Assembly (NCBI GenBank): GCA_905480215.1
Contig: CAJQPL010000002.1
Span: 31,308-95,307 of the forward strand
Source: an uncultured Woeseiaceae bacterium
Lineage (GTDB): Bacteria; Pseudomonadota; Gammaproteobacteria; Steroidobacterales; Woeseiaceae
Reading direction: 5' to 3'
Length of the DNA: 64,000 bases
Below are positions 1 to 9,340 of the stretch, in pieces; the first letter of the stretch is position 1, and each line of letters begins with the position of its first letter. Made by a program: the position numbers and the translations under genes. The notes under the pieces are model-generated. The model was given only the letters and a program-made list of their open reading frames with translations, did no database searches and was not told the DNA's origin.

Positions 1-750
1 ACGGGCACATCAATGAATGACCTGGTCGATGCGCTGAATAATCGTATCGGTGGCGGCGACTACCAATATGTCGATACTGGTTCGATCAACACCGATGCCA
101 TCAAAACTGGCTTCATCTATAGCGCATCAAACGTTCGCGCAGTTGGCGCGTTTGCTTTGCTGAATTCCTCCATCGATGCGCGGTTCAAAGAAAACCTCAA
201 TCGACCTGCACTGGCGCAATCATTTGAGGTATTGAATAGCGGAGCAGTGTTGACGGTTATCGTCAACCATCTGAAGTCTAAAGGGTCATCCTGCGACTCC
301 GCTGGCGATCGAAACATGCGTGACGGACAAGGCAACTGCAACCTGGTTCGCCGCGATGCTGCGAACGCCATTGCAGACTGGATCAAAACGGACCCGACCA
401 AAAGTGACGATCCTGACTACCTGATTATTGGCGACTTAAACGCTTATCCGAAAGAAGACCCGTTGATGGCGCTGCGGAATGCAGGTCTGGAAAACCTCCT
501 GGATGAGCAGCCCGACAGTTACTCATTTGTTTTTAACGGGCAGGCAGGCGCGCTCGACTACGCCCTGGCAACACCGTCATTGCGCAGTCAGGTTGTCGAT
601 ACGATTGCGTGGCACATCAATGCCGATGAGCCTTCTTTGCTCGATTACAATCTTGAGCATGGCCGCGACCCGGACTTGCTCGACGCTGACTCGCCGTACC
701 GGGCTGCAGATCACGACCCGATCGTCATCGGCCTTGAGCTGACCAGATAG
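1..750 (+). CDS. Extracellular nuclease, endonuclease/exonuclease/phosphatase (EEP) domain, ExeM/NucH-like. C-terminal part only; the 5' end is outside the window.
   Basis: The frame is open from nt 1 (TGTS precedes the first Met at 13). EEP C-terminal hallmarks are present: 'LIIGDLNAY', 'HINADEPSLLDYN', 'YRAADHDPIVIGL'. Confidence 0.75.
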   Translation, partial: TGTSMNDLVDALNNRIGGGDYQYVDTGSINTDAIKTGFIYSASNVRAVGAFALLNSSIDARFKENLNRPALAQSFEVLNSGAVLTVIVNHLKSKGSSCDSAGDRNMRDGQGNCNLVRRDAANAIADWIKTDPTKSDDPDYLIIGDLNAYPKEDPLMALRNAGLENLLDEQPDSYSFVFNGQAGALDYALATPSLRSQVVDTIAWHINADEPSLLDYNLEHGRDPDLLDADSPYRAADHDPIVIGLELTR

Positions 751-754
751 GCGT

Positions 755-1192
755 CTAGTTCAGGCTTCCAAGAACATCGTGTGTACTACTCCGCACGTTT
801 TCAATAGCTGCGACGACCCGGTTCTTGGCTGCATTGTTCGAACCAAGCTCGTCATAGTCAGCATTCCAGACCTCATACAATGCCTGCGTCGCCTCCGGCA
901 CTGAACCTTCAGAAACTTGCGAGAGATCGCGGATGGTCAATACCTTCGCCCACGCGGCACGCGAAACAGCCATTTCGTCTATCTGCTTGCCGTAGTGTCG
1001 ATCCATGGTCAGCTGCTGCAGATCGCCCAGCAACAATAGCAATTCGATAGACACCAGCCGTTGATTGCGATTATTTTCACTCGCCTCGTTGCGCCATGTG
1101 TTGTAGCCGAGACTTGTTATGGCTATGGCGAGGCTAATCAGGGCAACCGCATTGCGGCGCAACTGTTCTTTTATCGAAGTTTTTGAATTCAT
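755..1192 (-). CDS. Hypothetical membrane-anchored protein (one N-terminal TM helix, helical C-terminal part)
   Basis: 145-aa ORF that fills the gap between neighbouring genes. Hydrophobic segment 'AVALISLAIAITSLGY'. No family recognised. Confidence 0.5.
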   Translation of the reverse strand: MNSKTSIKEQLRRNAVALISLAIAITSLGYNTWRNEASENNRNQRLVSIELLLLLGDLQQLTMDRHYGKQIDEMAVSRAAWAKVLTIRDLSQVSEGSVPEATQALYEVWNADYDELGSNNAAKNRVVAAIENVRSSTHDVLGSLN

Positions 1193-1221
1193 GCGTAGTA
1201 CAGACCTGAGTCGACATCCAT

Positions 1222-2496
1222 TTATTTCACTTTCGCGTCAATGTCATGCCACAGCTTCTCGCGCCCCTGTCCTTGCATCCAGATCATCCAGACGGTCACT
1301 AGAACACCGGCAGCAGCTATCGCGGCAAGAAAAAGGAAATAGTTCTGGAAGCCAACAATGCCCGGGTTCGCATCGAGAATGCGCCCGCCAATGGGCGCAA
1401 AGAATATGTCTGGCGTAAAGCCGACGAAGGAAATAATGCCGACCGACGCGCCGGTAATGAGCCTTGGCGTTTGATTTTCTTCAAGCAACGTGAAATAGAC
1501 TCCGCGCAACGCGAAAGCAGCTATATAGGTAACGAAGAAATTCAAGTAGACGATCGAGACGCCGGCAGCAACAGGTTCGGTGACAGCCCAGCAAATATAA
1601 GACAACATCAATACGCCGAAGATCACGCCGATAGAGCGGCTCGCGACGAAGCGATCGGCAACGAGGCCGGCAATTAGCGCCGCAACCGGGCGAGTCCACC
1701 CTCCATAGGAAGCCAATCGTGCGGCTTCAATTTGATCCTTGCCCAGCACCTCTTTGGCGTACAGCGAATAATTATCCAGTCCCTTATAGCAACAATAGGC
1801 GCTAACAATGATGCCCGCCTGCGCCCAGACTATTGGTCTCCGCAGAACAATAGTTGCGCCTTTCCAGGAACTCAGGCCAGTGCCAGCCTGGTTGCTAGAG
1901 GCAGGAATCGCGATCCAGGCAAGCACACCGGCAAGAAAGGTTACCAAGGTATACAGATAAATAACTGAACGGAATCCTGCTTCGCGAGCCGCGGCTGAAA
2001 CCAGGCGGACATTCTCAGGAAAATGCAGCGCCAATACGCCCACGCTGACCGTCGCCAGTGCCGCAGCGACCAATCCTCTGCCACCTTCAAGAGCCCCAAA
2101 AGCCGCACCTTGTGTCTTCTCACCACCCCAGTCTCGAGTCGCAGTAATCAACGCACCCCAGAGCAAGAATATTGTGCTTAATCCCCAGTAGCCGTAAAGA
2201 ATGCGCATGTTCTCAGCGCTCGGGATCGAAGCCATATAGAGCCCGCCAATCGCAGTCGCGAAAAGTGCGGTCACAATCAACGAGCGCGGAGAAAAATGGT
2301 CGGCCAGCACGCCGCCGGGGAAATACGACAACATCGCAGTAACGCCGTAAATCGCGAACAAATCCCCCAACTGCGTATTTGAAAAACCAAACACCTGGAG
2401 CATGGTTGGGCGAAAAAAGCGTGGCACCGCAAACACGAGGCCGAAAACCATTTCACCGGCGACGATCAGGGACAGCATCAGCAAAATCTTGCGCAT
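1222..2496 (-). CDS. MFS transporter
   Basis: 424 aa with about 12 hydrophobic helices. Motifs 'YFPGGVLADHFSPR' and 'LLWGALITATRDW'. Paralogous to the ORF at 54449..55675. Confidence 0.8.
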   Translation of the reverse strand: MRKILLMLSLIVAGEMVFGLVFAVPRFFRPTMLQVFGFSNTQLGDLFAIYGVTAMLSYFPGGVLADHFSPRSLIVTALFATAIGGLYMASIPSAENMRILYGYWGLSTIFLLWGALITATRDWGGEKTQGAAFGALEGGRGLVAAALATVSVGVLALHFPENVRLVSAAAREAGFRSVIYLYTLVTFLAGVLAWIAIPASSNQAGTGLSSWKGATIVLRRPIVWAQAGIIVSAYCCYKGLDNYSLYAKEVLGKDQIEAARLASYGGWTRPVAALIAGLVADRFVASRSIGVIFGVLMLSYICWAVTEPVAAGVSIVYLNFFVTYIAAFALRGVYFTLLEENQTPRLITGASVGIISFVGFTPDIFFAPIGGRILDANPGIVGFQNYFLFLAAIAAAGVLVTVWMIWMQGQGREKLWHDIDAKVK

Positions 2497-2503
2497 TGTT
2501 TAA

Positions 2504-3265
2504 CTAGCTGCGAAGTCGATAGCCGGTCTTAAATATCCACCTGACGACCAGCAGACAGACGATCAGGAAACCGATTGTCGTAGCAAGGCTCACAGCAACG
2601 CTGACATCAGCATTTTCGTAAAAACTCCAACGAAAACCGCTGATTAAATACACCACTGGATTGAACAGACTGATCGTTTGCCAGACTGGCGGCAACATGC
2701 TGATTGAATAGAACGTACCACCCAGGAATGTAAGCGGCATAATTATGAGGATCGGCACAATCGTCAGCTTTTCCCAGCCGGTCGCCCAAATCCCAAGGAT
2801 GAAGCCGAACAAACAAAAAGAAACGCAGGTCAATAAGAGGAAGGTGACCATGACAAACGGATGAGCGATCTCAATATCCACGAAAAAACTCGCCGTGCTC
2901 AGGATAATGCCACCAATGATCAGCGACTTTGTTGCGGCCGCGCCCACGTAACCCAAAACCACTTCGCCATAGGAAACCGGCGCTGACAATACTTCAAAAA
3001 TTGTGCCTGTGAATTTTGGGAAATAGATTGCGAAAGACGAGTTTGCAATGCTCTCCGTCATGATCGAAAGCATGATCAATCCCGGGACGATGAAGGAGCC
3101 ATAACTGACACCATCGATTTCGGTAATACGCGAGCCAATCGCCGACCCAAAAATGACGAAGTACAGCGATGTCGACAGCACCGGAGCCACAATACTCTGC
3201 ACCACAGTCCGAAACATGCGCGCCATTTCGTAACGATAAATCGCTTTGATCCCACGTAAATTCAT
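2504..3265 (-). CDS. ABC-2 type transporter permease (YadH-like)
   Basis: 253 aa, six hydrophobic helices. 4-nt overlap with the upstream ATPase gene. ABC-2 permease-like N-terminus '[15 protein letters not shown]'. Confidence 0.8.
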   Translation of the reverse strand: MNLRGIKAIYRYEMARMFRTVVQSIVAPVLSTSLYFVIFGSAIGSRITEIDGVSYGSFIVPGLIMLSIMTESIANSSFAIYFPKFTGTIFEVLSAPVSYGEVVLGYVGAAATKSLIIGGIILSTASFFVDIEIAHPFVMVTFLLLTCVSFCLFGFILGIWATGWEKLTIVPILIIMPLTFLGGTFYSISMLPPVWQTISLFNPVVYLISGFRWSFYENADVSVAVSLATTIGFLIVCLLVVRWIFKTGYRLRS

Positions 3266-4188
3266 GAGTTTTTGTGCACCAGATCAACAAAAATATCCTC
3301 GAGAGAGCTCTGCGACGTCTGCAAATCGTTGAAATTAATGCCGGCGCTACTTAAATCGCCCAACAGTGCTGTAATGCCTGTTCCCTCACGCTTGGTGTCA
3401 TAGCTATAGATCAGGTCTTTTTTGTCGTCACTGAGTTCAAGTTGGTAGGCAGATAGTTTCGTCGGTATTTCTGTGAGCGGCTGTTGTAGGTGAAGAGTTA
3501 AATATTTTTTGCCCATATCCCGCATCAAGCGGTCTTTCTCGGCAACTATTATGATCTCGCCGTTGTTGATCACACCAACCCGGTCTGCGAGTTGTTCGGC
3601 TTCCTCAATATAGTGAGTAGTCAGGATAACGGTCACGCCCTCTTCCCTTAAGCCCGCGATGACGCCCCACATATCCTGACGCAACTCGACATCGACACCT
3701 GCCGTGGGCTCATCGAGAAACAAAATTTCTGGCTCGTGGGCCAGTGCTTTAGCAATTAGACTGCGGCGCTTCATGCCCCCGGAAAGTTGCACGCTAATAG
3801 TGTCCTTCTTGTCCCAAAGCGACAACGAGCGTAAGACTTTCTCAATGTATGCGGGGTTCGCGGGCTTATTAAACAATCCGCGACTAAAGCGACAGGCGCT
3901 CCAGATAGTCTCAAATGACTCGGTGGGCAGCTCTTGCGGAACCAGACCTATGATTGAACGGGTCTGTCGATACTCGCTGCTGATATCGTGACCATCGACC
4001 TTTACGCTACCGGCAGTCGCATTTGCAATCCCGCATACGATATTAATTAGTGTCGTTTTGCCAGCCCCATTGGGGCCCAGCAGGGCGAAAATCTCGCCAC
4101 GGTTAATCTCCAGGTTAACGTCGTTGAGAGCCTTGAAACCGCCCGCATAGACTTTGTGCAGAGAATTGATAGAAATAATGGATTGCAT
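3262..4188 (-). CDS. ABC transporter ATP-binding protein (YadG-like)
   Basis: Walker A 'GPNGAGKTT', signature 'LSGGMKRR', Walker B '[12 protein letters not shown]'. Confidence 0.9.
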   Translation of the reverse strand: MQSIISINSLHKVYAGGFKALNDVNLEINRGEIFALLGPNGAGKTTLINIVCGIANATAGSVKVDGHDISSEYRQTRSIIGLVPQELPTESFETIWSACRFSRGLFNKPANPAYIEKVLRSLSLWDKKDTISVQLSGGMKRRSLIAKALAHEPEILFLDEPTAGVDVELRQDMWGVIAGLREEGVTVILTTHYIEEAEQLADRVGVINNGEIIIVAEKDRLMRDMGKKYLTLHLQQPLTEIPTKLSAYQLELSDDKKDLIYSYDTKREGTGITALLGDLSSAGINFNDLQTSQSSLEDIFVDLVHKNS

Positions 4189-4323
4189 AGCTGCAATGAT
4201 ACGACGCTTTCGCCAAAAAAACCTGCGTTGGGGGAACTAGCTTAACGCTGCCAGCGTCGGCAAAATATTGTTGCCGCCGACATTGATAGCATGCAATAGC
4301 GCCACATCGGACGCCAGCACCTA

Positions 4324-5322
4324 TCAGGTTCTGAGGGAATCGGAGTAAGCGAACAAACCTGCCGAGCCACCAGTATGCAGGAACACTATCTTCTGGCCTT
4401 TGCTAAAACGATCTTTGCGAATGTAGTCAATCATTCCGGCCAGCGCCTTGCCACTGTATACCGGATCGAACAACAAGCCTTCCTGGCGAGCGAGCATCAG
4501 GATCGCCTCATTCATAGACTCTGTCGGTTCACCGTAACCCGAACCTATGTAATTACAATCCGCGACAATGTCGTCGCGTGTGACGCAGCCAGGTGCTGAC
4601 ACCAAGTCCGCAGTTTCAACGGCAAGTTTGAATACGCGCTCTTCCTGAACATCCTGCGGTGCATTCACGCCAAAACCCAGAATTGGCAGATCGCTGCCGG
4701 AGCCCCGCAAGCCCACCGCCAGTCCAGCGTGAGTACCGGCGCTGCCTGTTGCCGTTACGATATGATCGAACGCGAGATTCTGCTGTTCGCACTGTGACAA
4801 TAGCTCGACTCCGCACTGCACGTAGCCCAGCGCACCAACAGCATTCGATGCGCCACCCGGAATATAATAGGGGGTGCCACCTTTGGAACTAACCTCATCT
4901 GCAATTTCAGCCATGACCGCATCGAAATCCGTACCCGCCGGATACTCATGCAGGTTGGCGCCGTATATTCGGTCCAAAAATACGTTTCCGGAATTGCTAT
5001 AGGTATCGCTGGGCTGCTGCACACGATGCTCCAACATGACCTCACAGGCCAGACCGAGCTTGCACGCTGCCGCCGCCGTCTGCCTGACGTGATTCGATTG
5101 AATAGCACCAACTGTGATTATCGTGTCAGCTCCCAGTGCGAGCGCTTCGCCCATCGAGAACTCGAGCTTGCGAGTCTTATTGCCGCCGCTGGCAAGACCC
5201 GTACAGTCGTCTCGCTTTACGTAAATGTCCGGTCCGCCGAGATGCTCGCTTAAGCGCGGCATGTACTCCAACGGAGTTGGTAAGTGTGCGAGGGTCGCAC
5301 GTGGGAACTTGGACAATTGCAT
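4324..5322 (-). CDS. dcyD: D-cysteine desulfhydrase / ACC deaminase family PLP enzyme
   Basis: Aligns along its length with remembered E. coli DcyD: 'PTPLEYMPRLS', 'KRDDCTGLASGGNKTRKLEF', 'GAIQSNHVRQTAAAA', 'GSAGTHAGLAVGL', 'FLHTGG'. Confidence 0.75.
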   Translation of the reverse strand: MQLSKFPRATLAHLPTPLEYMPRLSEHLGGPDIYVKRDDCTGLASGGNKTRKLEFSMGEALALGADTIITVGAIQSNHVRQTAAAACKLGLACEVMLEHRVQQPSDTYSNSGNVFLDRIYGANLHEYPAGTDFDAVMAEIADEVSSKGGTPYYIPGGASNAVGALGYVQCGVELLSQCEQQNLAFDHIVTATGSAGTHAGLAVGLRGSGSDLPILGFGVNAPQDVQEERVFKLAVETADLVSAPGCVTRDDIVADCNYIGSGYGEPTESMNEAILMLARQEGLLFDPVYSGKALAGMIDYIRKDRFSKGQKIVFLHTGGSAGLFAYSDSLRT

Positions 5323-5349
5323 ATTTCGCTTCCTTAAGTTTTTCTCGCT

Positions 5350-6057
5350 TTATGCCGCGCCCAGTGCCAGCACGACGGTCTTCTTGGCCAGTACATCAGT
5401 AGACGAAATGAAAGCAACCTCAAACATCGACTCATCAAGGACCATAGGCAACTCTGTGCAAGCCGCTATCAGGACCCTGGCGCCACGAACAATCAACTGT
5501 TCCGCAAGCAAGCGCAAACCGTCCGCAACTTCGCCGCTTACGTCGCCAGCCTTAATCCTTTCCACTAGCGCCATCGTCTCTGCAAGCTCATCGGCCGTTT
5601 GCTCAACAACAGGGCGGCCATAGGCCGCTAAGGCCTGTTGATACAGCCCGGACGAGTGACATCCCGGCGTCATCATCAAACCCACCGCGCTATCGTCAGC
5701 GCTGCGCGAAATAGCAGATAGTGCCGACTCCCGAATAATACTGACGAAGGGAATGCTGATCGCCGCCTCAATATCTGCCTGCCACGCGTGCGCCAGATTG
5801 CAGGGCATGACGATGAAATCGGCGCCATAAGATTGCAATCGCTGCGCCATGTCTGCGATAACCGGAGCAGGGCTTTCGCCTTCCCCGCGCATCGCAAGTT
5901 GGCGGCTGGGGATGCGTGGATTGTGCTCCACTAGCATGCGTACATGCTGTTGATCATTGTCAGCAGGCGTTTCGGCCATCACGCGTGACATGAAGTCAAC
6001 GGTGGCGCCAGGCCCCATACCGCCAATCACGCCAACCAGTTTGTCTCTAGCTGCCAT
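5350..6057 (-). CDS. Aspartate/glutamate racemase family protein
   Basis: 'VGVIGGMGPGATVDF' and 'IAACTELP' racemase motifs. I start it at the internal ATG 6057 (MAARDKLVGVIGG). The 67-codon extension to 6258 has no family-like sequence. Confidence 0.75.
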   Translation of the reverse strand: MAARDKLVGVIGGMGPGATVDFMSRVMAETPADNDQQHVRMLVEHNPRIPSRQLAMRGEGESPAPVIADMAQRLQSYGADFIVMPCNLAHAWQADIEAAISIPFVSIIRESALSAISRSADDSAVGLMMTPGCHSSGLYQQALAAYGRPVVEQTADELAETMALVERIKAGDVSGEVADGLRLLAEQLIVRGARVLIAACTELPMVLDESMFEVAFISSTDVLAKKTVVLALGAA

Positions 6058-6312
6058 AAACCGCCGCTCATTCGAATGCGACGAATATAGTACACCGCCT
6101 GCTCTGGATGGAAATGGGTTTGAGCGATACGAGCTGCGACCCGCCCGCACGATGATGTCTGACAGACAAGTGTCTTTATCCGCAATCATGGCAACGCCAG
6201 AATCTGGAAAACAGTCGCGTTGCAGATAGAAAAACCAGAGTATATTGTGCATCGCCATTGCGCCCTAAGACTTAACCTGGCGCACATATAGACAAGGGTT
6301 TGAGGTCACAGC

Positions 6313-6894
6313 ATGCAAGTTTTAGCGCCAGAACAATGGGACCCGTCGCTTCAGCACATCATTGATGAGATGAACGGTGAGCCCATTAACATTCATCGCC
6401 TACTCGCCAATCACCCACCACTACTGGCGGCTTGGTGGGGCTATCGCATGTATTTTGTAACGGGCGGCGATCTGCAGAAACGCGAGGCCGAGCTTGTAAT
6501 TCTGCGGGTGGCGGTGCTGATGAAGTCCTGGTACGAATGGGCGGCACATGTTGATCGTGGGCTCGCATCGGGCCTGTTGATCGAGGAAATTGAATGCGTC
6601 GCGTCAGGACCAGAGGCAGTCAGTTGGAGCGAGAAAGACAGAGCTCTGTTAAGGAGTGTCGACGCGCTGGTTAACGAGCGCTGCATACAACCCGATCTGC
6701 GACTGCAGTTGCAACGCCATTTTGACGAACGACAGGTTCTGGACATCATTTCCATACAGGGCATGTATGTGACGATCGCCTGCATACTCGATAGCTGGCC
6801 TATCGAGATTGAGGATGAGGTATTGCGACGCATACCGACGAGCGTTAGCGAACAATCGTTCGCCGACTTAATATCAGCGGCGAATCGTGACTGA
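6313..6894 (+). CDS. Carboxymuconolactone decarboxylase (AhpD-like) family protein
   Basis: 'LANHPPLLAAWWGY', 'REAELVILRVAVLMKSWYEWAAHV', typical of the CMD family. Confidence 0.65.
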   Translation: MQVLAPEQWDPSLQHIIDEMNGEPINIHRLLANHPPLLAAWWGYRMYFVTGGDLQKREAELVILRVAVLMKSWYEWAAHVDRGLASGLLIEEIECVASGPEAVSWSEKDRALLRSVDALVNERCIQPDLRLQLQRHFDERQVLDIISIQGMYVTIACILDSWPIEIEDEVLRRIPTSVSEQSFADLISAANRD

Positions 6895-7893
6895 CTTGAT
6901 TTGAGCAAACACCTCGTCACCTGCTTTTAGCTGCAGTTCGTGGGTAGATCGGCGCGTAATTCTGGCAAGTAGCAAGTCATTTCCAAGCATCAGCTGCACC
7001 AGGTTTGTCGCCGTATCCTCTGCGCGAATTTCTACTATGCTCGCGGCAAGGATATTTAAGATCGTGCTCGATTCTGGCGCCGTTCTGGTAAGGCTAACGT
7101 CGCTCGCGGTCACACGCAGCCGCACCGCATCCGATTCAGAGGTGCCGGGCAGCCAAAGTTGCCCACCTGAAAAATCGAAAAGCGTAAGGTCGAATTGTTC
7201 GTCATAACGCATCCGCCTCGCTTCAATTATGGTACCTGCATTCTTGCCACCCAGCTGCGGTAGATCTGTTCTTGCTAAGGTCGCCTGCAAATCGCCTTCT
7301 GCAACGATCTTGCCGTTGTCCAGCACCAGCAGGTGGTCACTCAGGCGGCAAATTTCGTCAATACTATGGCTTACATAAACTATGGGGATCGATGACTCTG
7401 CATGCAGCCGGTCAAGGTACGGCAACACATCATTGCGACGGCGCTCATCCAGAGCCGACAGCGGCTCATCCATCAGAATCAGTCGTGGTGACTGGCACAG
7501 GACGCGCGCGATCGATACGCGCTGCGCTTCGCCACCCGACAAACCAACAACAGAACGATCAAGCAGATCACGCAGCTCAAGCAAAGAAATGACTTCGTCA
7601 ATTGAGATAGCCGCGCCGCCATTGCGCCGCATGCCGTACTCGATGTTTTTCTTTACCGATAGATGCGCGAACAATTGTGCGTCCTGAAATACGTAGCCGA
7701 TGCGACGTCGATGCACTGCTGTCGTATCGTCACCGGTCGGTCCTTCCAGGCCCGCAATACAGCGCAATAAGGTTGTCTTACCGGATCCTGACTCGCCAAA
7801 GACACCGGTTACACCTCGATCCGGAATCTGCGTATCGACGTCGAGGACAAAGCCCTCTTTGGACACGTTATGCTTTAGTGCAATGCTGCTCAT
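6874..7893 (-). CDS. modC: Molybdate ABC transporter ATP-binding protein ModC
   Basis: Walker A 'GESGSGKTT', 'LSGGEAQRVSIAR', 'LILMDEPLSALD', plus a C-terminal TOBE/Mop-like domain. Last gene of a modA-modB-modC run. Confidence 0.85.
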   Translation of the reverse strand: MSSIALKHNVSKEGFVLDVDTQIPDRGVTGVFGESGSGKTTLLRCIAGLEGPTGDDTTAVHRRRIGYVFQDAQLFAHLSVKKNIEYGMRRNGGAAISIDEVISLLELRDLLDRSVVGLSGGEAQRVSIARVLCQSPRLILMDEPLSALDERRRNDVLPYLDRLHAESSIPIVYVSHSIDEICRLSDHLLVLDNGKIVAEGDLQATLARTDLPQLGGKNAGTIIEARRMRYDEQFDLTLFDFSGGQLWLPGTSESDAVRLRVTASDVSLTRTAPESSTILNILAASIVEIRAEDTATNLVQLMLGNDLLLARITRRSTHELQLKAGDEVFAQIKSVTIRR

Positions 7894-8549
7894 CGCAGCT
7901 GCCGCCGGTTGATAACAAACATGCCGAACAAGGTAACAAACGCAAACGCGATCAACGTCATCGACAATTGATGCGCTGCCGCATAGTTGAGCGTTTCGAC
8001 ATGATCATAGATTGCGATGGAGACGACGCGTGTTTCGCCCGGAATGTTGCCGCCCACCATAAGCACAACACCGAATTCACCGAGCGTATGCGCGAAACTC
8101 AAAACGATGGCGCTGATAAAGCCGCGCGTAGACAGCGGCACTGCGACCGACAGAAACGCATCAAGTCTTGAAGCACCGAGTGTCCAGGCTGCTTCAATAT
8201 TCTTCTTTGGCAATGCCTCAAAAGCGTTCTGCATCGGTTGAATCGCAAACGGCAAACTATAAATACACGACGCTATTACCAAACCGACGAATGAAAACGT
8301 CAGTGCATCTCCTGTGACCTTCACCCACCACGCACCGATCGCACCATTGGGCCCCAGCAGAATCAAAAGGTAGAAACCCAAAACGGTAGGTGGCAGAACG
8401 ATCGGCATGGCAACCAGCGCCTGAACAAATGGCTGCAATTTTGAGCGTGTCTGTGACAGCCACCAGGCCAGTGGCGCGCCCGCGACGATCAATATAGCCG
8501 TCGTGGTGAACGCCAGTTGCACAGACAACCACAGAGGCCCGAAATCCAC
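7890..8549 (-). CDS. modB: Molybdate ABC transporter permease ModB
   Basis: 219 aa with five helices and an EAA-type loop 'NIEAAWTLGASRLDAFLSVAVPL'. 4-nt overlap with modC. Confidence 0.85.
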   Translation of the reverse strand: MDFGPLWLSVQLAFTTTAILIVAGAPLAWWLSQTRSKLQPFVQALVAMPIVLPPTVLGFYLLILLGPNGAIGAWWVKVTGDALTFSFVGLVIASCIYSLPFAIQPMQNAFEALPKKNIEAAWTLGASRLDAFLSVAVPLSTRGFISAIVLSFAHTLGEFGVVLMVGGNIPGETRVVSIAIYDHVETLNYAAAHQLSMTLIAFAFVTLFGMFVINRRQLR

Positions 8550-8551
8550 CG

Positions 8552-9334
8552 TTAAAACCTCGCTGCCGAATCGGCGCTTGCGCGATAGCCATGTTGCACC
8601 AGGAGCGCGGCGACATCGGATGTTTGCATGAAGCGCATGAAACGTTTAGCAGCCGACTTGTTCTGCGATGCGCTTAACACCACTGCAGCCTGATGAATCT
8701 GAACATCACCTGCAGTCTGCTCGGAAATCATCACGATACAGGTCGTTTCCACAGATGCGTTATCGATAATCTGCGAGGCAGCAATCAAACCCAAGGTCGC
8801 ATTGCCCGTTGCGACAAACTGGAAAGTCTGCGCAATATTCTCGCCAACTACGAGCCTGTCGCTAACACTGTCCCAGAGCTGTTGCGATTGCAGAAAACTC
8901 TTTGCGGCCAGACCATAGGGTGCTGTCCGCGGATTAGCTATCGCCAGGTGAGTGAAAGCTCCGCTTGCCAGGTCTTCGCTACAATCGCGATCTCTGAAAC
9001 GCGGATCTGCAGACCACAGCACCAACCGTCCGCTGGCATAAACGAAAGACGAATTTTCGATCGCAAATCCACCCTCCTCCAACAACTGCGGCCGCGCAGT
9101 GTCAGCCGCCAGAAAAATATCGTAAGGCGCACCGTTGACGATGCGCGCATACAAGCTGCCGGTAGAACCGCTACTAATTCGGACCGCAATATCTGTCGTT
9201 GCCGAGAAGCGTGCGGCGATCTCTTTCGCTGTGGTCTGGAAATTGCTGGCGACGGCAATCGTCAACTGTTCTGCCGCATGAGCACTGCCTGCGGCGATCA
9301 TGATTAGAGCCAGAAAAAAACGCGCTGATTGCAC
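8552..9334 (-). CDS. modA: Molybdate-binding periplasmic protein ModA
   Basis: Signal peptide 'ALIMIAAGSAHAAE'. ModA-like motifs 'SSGSTGSLYARIVNGAPYDIFLAAD' and 'IANPRTAPYG'. Confidence 0.85.
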   Translation of the reverse strand: MQSARFFLALIMIAAGSAHAAEQLTIAVASNFQTTAKEIAARFSATTDIAVRISSGSTGSLYARIVNGAPYDIFLAADTARPQLLEEGGFAIENSSFVYASGRLVLWSADPRFRDRDCSEDLASGAFTHLAIANPRTAPYGLAAKSFLQSQQLWDSVSDRLVVGENIAQTFQFVATGNATLGLIAASQIIDNASVETTCIVMISEQTAGDVQIHQAAVVLSASQNKSAAKRFMRFMQTSDVAALLVQHGYRASADSAARF

Positions 9335-9340
9335 CTTCGT

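Noticed and set aside
6441-6920. Long antisense or out-of-frame 'shadow' ORFs throughout the track. Examples: 6441..6920(-), 8693..9307(+), 15405..15998(+), 24176..24697(-), 27017..27514(+), 40589..41041(+), 57790..58260(-), 62224..62544(-).
   Set aside because: Each lies entirely inside, or mostly overlaps, a gene with strong family motifs on the other strand or in another frame. Their translations are Arg/Ser/Cys-rich and low-complexity with no recognisable domains. This is typical of GC-biased third positions.
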